From: Takakia lepidozioides
Taxonomy: Eukaryota; Plantae; Bryophyta
NCBI GenBank assembly: GCA_030704615.1
Contig: CM060732.1
Coordinates: 33,976,001 to 34,040,000, forward strand
Direction of reading: 5' to 3'
Length of the DNA stretch: 64,000 nucleotides
The notes under the pieces were generated by a model. The model was not told where the DNA came from and did not search any database. It worked only from the letters and a program-made list of their open reading frames with translations. The translations under genes and the position numbers were made by a program. How positions within the stretch are numbered: position 1 is the stretch's first letter; each line of letters begins with the position of its first letter. This document shows, in pieces, positions 60,357 through 64,000 of this stretch.

Positions 60357-63269
60357 ATGACTCGGGGCAAATTTCACAGTGTCGGAGGGGCTATCACGCG
60401 TGGACTGTCTCTCGCACGGAGGTGGCAGGCTCTGGAAGTATGCCAGCATAGGGTGGCAAGCTTGGGAACTTGTGATGGGGTGGAATCCAGCGGTCTTGTG
60501 TGGAGTCGTCATGCATCCGGGACTGCAGGTGTGTGAGTGTGCATGAGTATTTAGGCGAAATTTGGCCTTGCAAGGTTTTGTTCTTCGGAGTGAAATAGTC
60601 TAAGAAGAACTGAGAGAACCTCCACCCGTGACTGGTTGGAGAGATTTCCTTAGACATTGGTAATTCAATGAGAGGCTCAGTGAAAACCGTCAAGGATGGG
60701 GACTTTGAACATAAAGTTTCCAAACTCGTTCGAAGCCCTGGAAGAGGTTGACCCAAAATGGACAACTAGGGATGGCGAACCTAGTGGCAAGGCAAGCCAA
60801 AAGGTCTATGCAAGAAGACAAGTGAGTCAGACCTGCCTTTGCGTACATGACCGATCAAGCTGTCGATGAGGGATTGTCATACTCAATGGCATGCCATCTC
60901 TCAAAGTTCAGACAAGGCGATCAAAGTCTTCACACTAAGAGCTGACCCTTTAATCTAGAATTGCAGGATGTCCACGAGCATTCAATAGCAACTACAGGAC
61001 AGACAATTCGTATGAAAAAGGCTGGATTTTGGCTGGGGCACCTTGAACTTCTGTAGGCTGACTAACCAAGGAAATAGTTCCAAGTGGGACAAGTTCTTCA
61101 AGCTATTGGCATTCACATTTGTGCCGGGCAAGAGATATGGGAAACTAAGGACAAGATGGTTGGGGATGTCACTGGCTAGAAGTGGTCTGGTAAGATGTGT
61201 GTCCTCTATATTGACCCTCTGCAGTGGACTCGTGAAAAAGCCCAAACTGGGGAATGGTCCATTGTGGATTATATCATAGTAGATAAGGAGTTGTTTCCTC
61301 AGTGTGCCAATGTATTGGTTGATATAACCAGATTGGTACTGCTGACCACTTTCTTCCCTGGAATGAGATCTTTGAAACAATCAATTTGCAAGTGGCACAT
61401 AGAAAAATTCCAGAGGGAAGAGGTCAAGATAGAACATGTCCAGGCCTTGAAAGAGGCTCTCCCACCAGAGATCTCCCCTCTTGCTTGGGTGATGCTTGAA
61501 GCAAGGTCGAAATTCCCATTTTGGAGGGTGGATTGCAGCAGGGGGAGGAGATGCAGGTGACAATGGCGGATCTGGAAACCCCAGTGATAAAGGACAGTGG
61601 AGGAATTGGATTGAACAAAGGCTCAAAGGTTTGTACATCATGTGTAATCCTTTAAGCATACATCTTCATTGTGATAAATAGATGGTTCCTAATTGCCAAT
61701 TGTACTTGCCATTTTTGGGTTCCTGCTCATTGATTGGAATAATTCCCAGTGCGGTTTTGCTTCAAGGTTTAAATCTGAAGTTCTAGTTGTCCGTATCCTG
61801 CAAGGTGACCGGCAAGAGGCACAGTCTATATGTGTGAGAGGAGCCATGGTCTCATTGAGCATTGACACGGTGCCTTTATACTAAGACTTGAAGATTGCAT
61901 GAAGTTCAAAATTGTTGTCATCCTATACCTTCATTGTCAGCTAGCATCAATGCCACAGCTCTAGATCTGTCGGTGGGAAACAATCAGTAGTGTGCTCAAG
62001 AGTTATTAGAACTGTGCCAATTTTCAGATTTGGATGTATGATTTGGGGGTTTAAGATGTAGTGCAGATGCCTGCAAAGCTAATGTAATCAAATATTTAGT
62101 TAGCACCTTTGTTGACACGGTGCAATCGGCAGCCAAAGAAGCAGCAAAAAGAGGTTTAGGGAAGGAGGAGCCAAGCTTCACTTCGAGAGGATCACTCCTA
62201 CAGGATAAGCTCAGAGGTACCGCATTCTCTGGTAAGGTATTCTTCTTTGCAATTTCTGGTCATACTACTTGCTAGGTTGTTTCCCGTTGTTATGTGGGAA
62301 TGATATTTAAAGCATTGTGACTTTGAGAGTTTTCCATGCAGAGTGAACGCTGAAGCTCCAGTAGCCCTTGTCTTCATTGCCAAGCTGCAAACTTTGCACA
62401 TAAATCCAGTTCTGTGTGTATCTTCTGCTAAATGCCAAGTTGGTAATGAAGGGGACCTCTAGCGACCAGGGTTGATATAGCACTAGTGGGATTTGTCGTG
62501 CTAACTTCAGGAGATGTTTGCGCTGTCAGGCGTGCAGAAGTCAGCAACAGAGGCACAATTGCCAGTTCCTGTGGTGGAGCCCATGGATGACTTTGAGTCA
62601 CGCGTGCTGGGCATCTCCACACAGAATGAAGGGGAGGACGATGACCTGCTGAGGGAGTTAGATGAAATCGAGCGGTCTGCAACATGGCGCCCCAATGCAA
62701 GGGAAGAGGAAGAAGAGATGCTGGGAGACACAGAGGATGAGGAGACAGAGGGAGAGATGGAGGAGGAGACAGAGGAAGAAGATGAGGAAGACTGGGATGA
62801 TGAGAGAGGGCAGGTGTTGACTGACACTGCCTTGTCAGCAATAGTGGAATATGACCTGGATGACGAAGAGAGGCCTTACCAGTTTCGGCCAGACAGGCTG
62901 TTCTTCCCAGGACAGACTTACGATGCTGAGGTACACGCCGTTTTGCTTGCCAGTGTCTTCTTTGATAAACAGTATGGTTGTAATTGCTGTGGTCAAGATG
63001 GAGAGAAGTTGTTGGATAAATTCCAGAATGTTGTTGGGGTGGTCCTGTATTTACTTATGCCCCTGGCCCTGGGTGTCCAATCCTTACTTGTGGGTGTTTT
63101 TGGAACATTTTGGTCTCAGACGTCTAGGGCCTGTCAATGAGGGTGCCAGTTCTGTTGTGACTCACAGGATCTGGATCTTTCAAGGAAACCAGATGAGCTA
63201 GAGAAGGCACCGCCACGATATAGGCGCAGATATGAAACCAATGAAGTACTTCTGAGGGCTGACTTCCGG
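60357..63269 (+). CDS. Mitochondrion-targeted ribosomal protein S18-family protein (At1g07210-like), 5' exons; gene continues beyond the window
   Basis: Exons 60357-60528 (R/S-rich transit-peptide-like), 62530-62930 (acidic) and 63168-63269 join in frame. YQFRPD..FPGQTYDAE|DLDLSRK...TNEVLLRADFR matches the recalled segment preceding the S18 domain; the S18 core is not in the window. Confidence 0.75.
60610..61470 (+). mobile_element. Old, deleted 5' fragment of the LINE family (copy F) in intron 1 of the S18-like gene
   Basis: Similar to 4640-6170 in pieces (tgactggttggagag..ttagacattggtaattcaatg; QWTREKAQTGEWSIVDYII..FPQCANV; KWHIEKF). Confidence 0.85.
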
Positions 63270-64000
63270 GTATGCTACTTTTCTGAGGACTCCCTTTTGT
63301 CAAGGGTGTCTGTAGACTTCCTTTGGAACCTTGAAACACGTTGGTGTTGGTCATTGTACTTTGAGTTTCTTGCTTTTGAAGGGCTTTCCATGTCCTGGGA
63401 AGCACAGAGTGTATCCACAAGGATTTGGTTGACACTGATCCTTGTTTTTGCTGCACAATCTTTTGGAGTGTGCTTCAATCTTTGGTACATGGCTAAGGGG
63501 CTTCCACATTTGGCTGCTGTAATTGACTATCCTTCCGTTGAACAGATCTGTGCATAGAGTTTCCCAGCAGATTGGGTGCATTATTTGACCGTGCAGGAGT
63601 TGACTGGCCTATTCAACAATGTCTGACAGATCCTGTGGCAATGTAAGCATGGTTAGTGGTGTGTCGCATTAACATGCTGTTTGTTGTGGGTCTCAGAATC
63701 CACGTTATCTTTCGAGTTTCATCTCAGAGACATCGAAGATTCTTCCAAAGAGAAAGGTAATCGCTCACTATTGACACAGTGGCTGTCTTGGATCTTGTGT
63801 CCTTTGTTGTGGGGACTACATTTATCCACAGCATTGTTTTGTTATTGTTGTAGAAGGTATCTTCTGGCAATTGTTGAGGTTGTTTTTCTTGGGCAGTGTC
63901 GCACAGGTGTGTCATGTCCAAGTAGATGCTAACGAATCTCTTAGAAACTGACTGTCATCAGGCTGGCCCTTAACCCTGTGGTATTAATTCAGAAGTCAAC

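Overview
Eukaryotic nuclear DNA from a land plant, most likely a non-seed plant (inferred from a PLS-DYW PPR gene, an RTE/RTEX-like LINE family and a chromovirus with a canonical chromodomain). There are four host genes: a 15-exon PP2C + 2x cNMP-binding + degenerate-kinase gene (minus, 347-15796); a 19-exon cohesin SMC1 (plus, 46773-56492) with an AT-AC minor-spliceosome intron; an intronless PLS-E-DYW PPR editing factor (minus, 57580-59964); and, head-to-head with it, the 5' part of a mitochondrial ribosomal protein S18-like gene (plus, from 60357). The interval ~18-46 kb is a transposon graveyard: a tRNA-derived SINE, a copia LTR interrupted by a TIR element, PPR pseudogenes, and a CACTA element that appears to carry captured host fragments (DNA polymerase theta/TEBICHI; OSB-type PDF motifs joined to a PPR L-motif array), hairpin-bearing tandem repeats and a nested internally deleted chromovirus. 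One LINE family occurs six times, three times in introns, and the four copies with intact 3' ends all inserted at 5'-TCT. All calls come from reading the sequence; protein-family assignments are from memory, not database searches.
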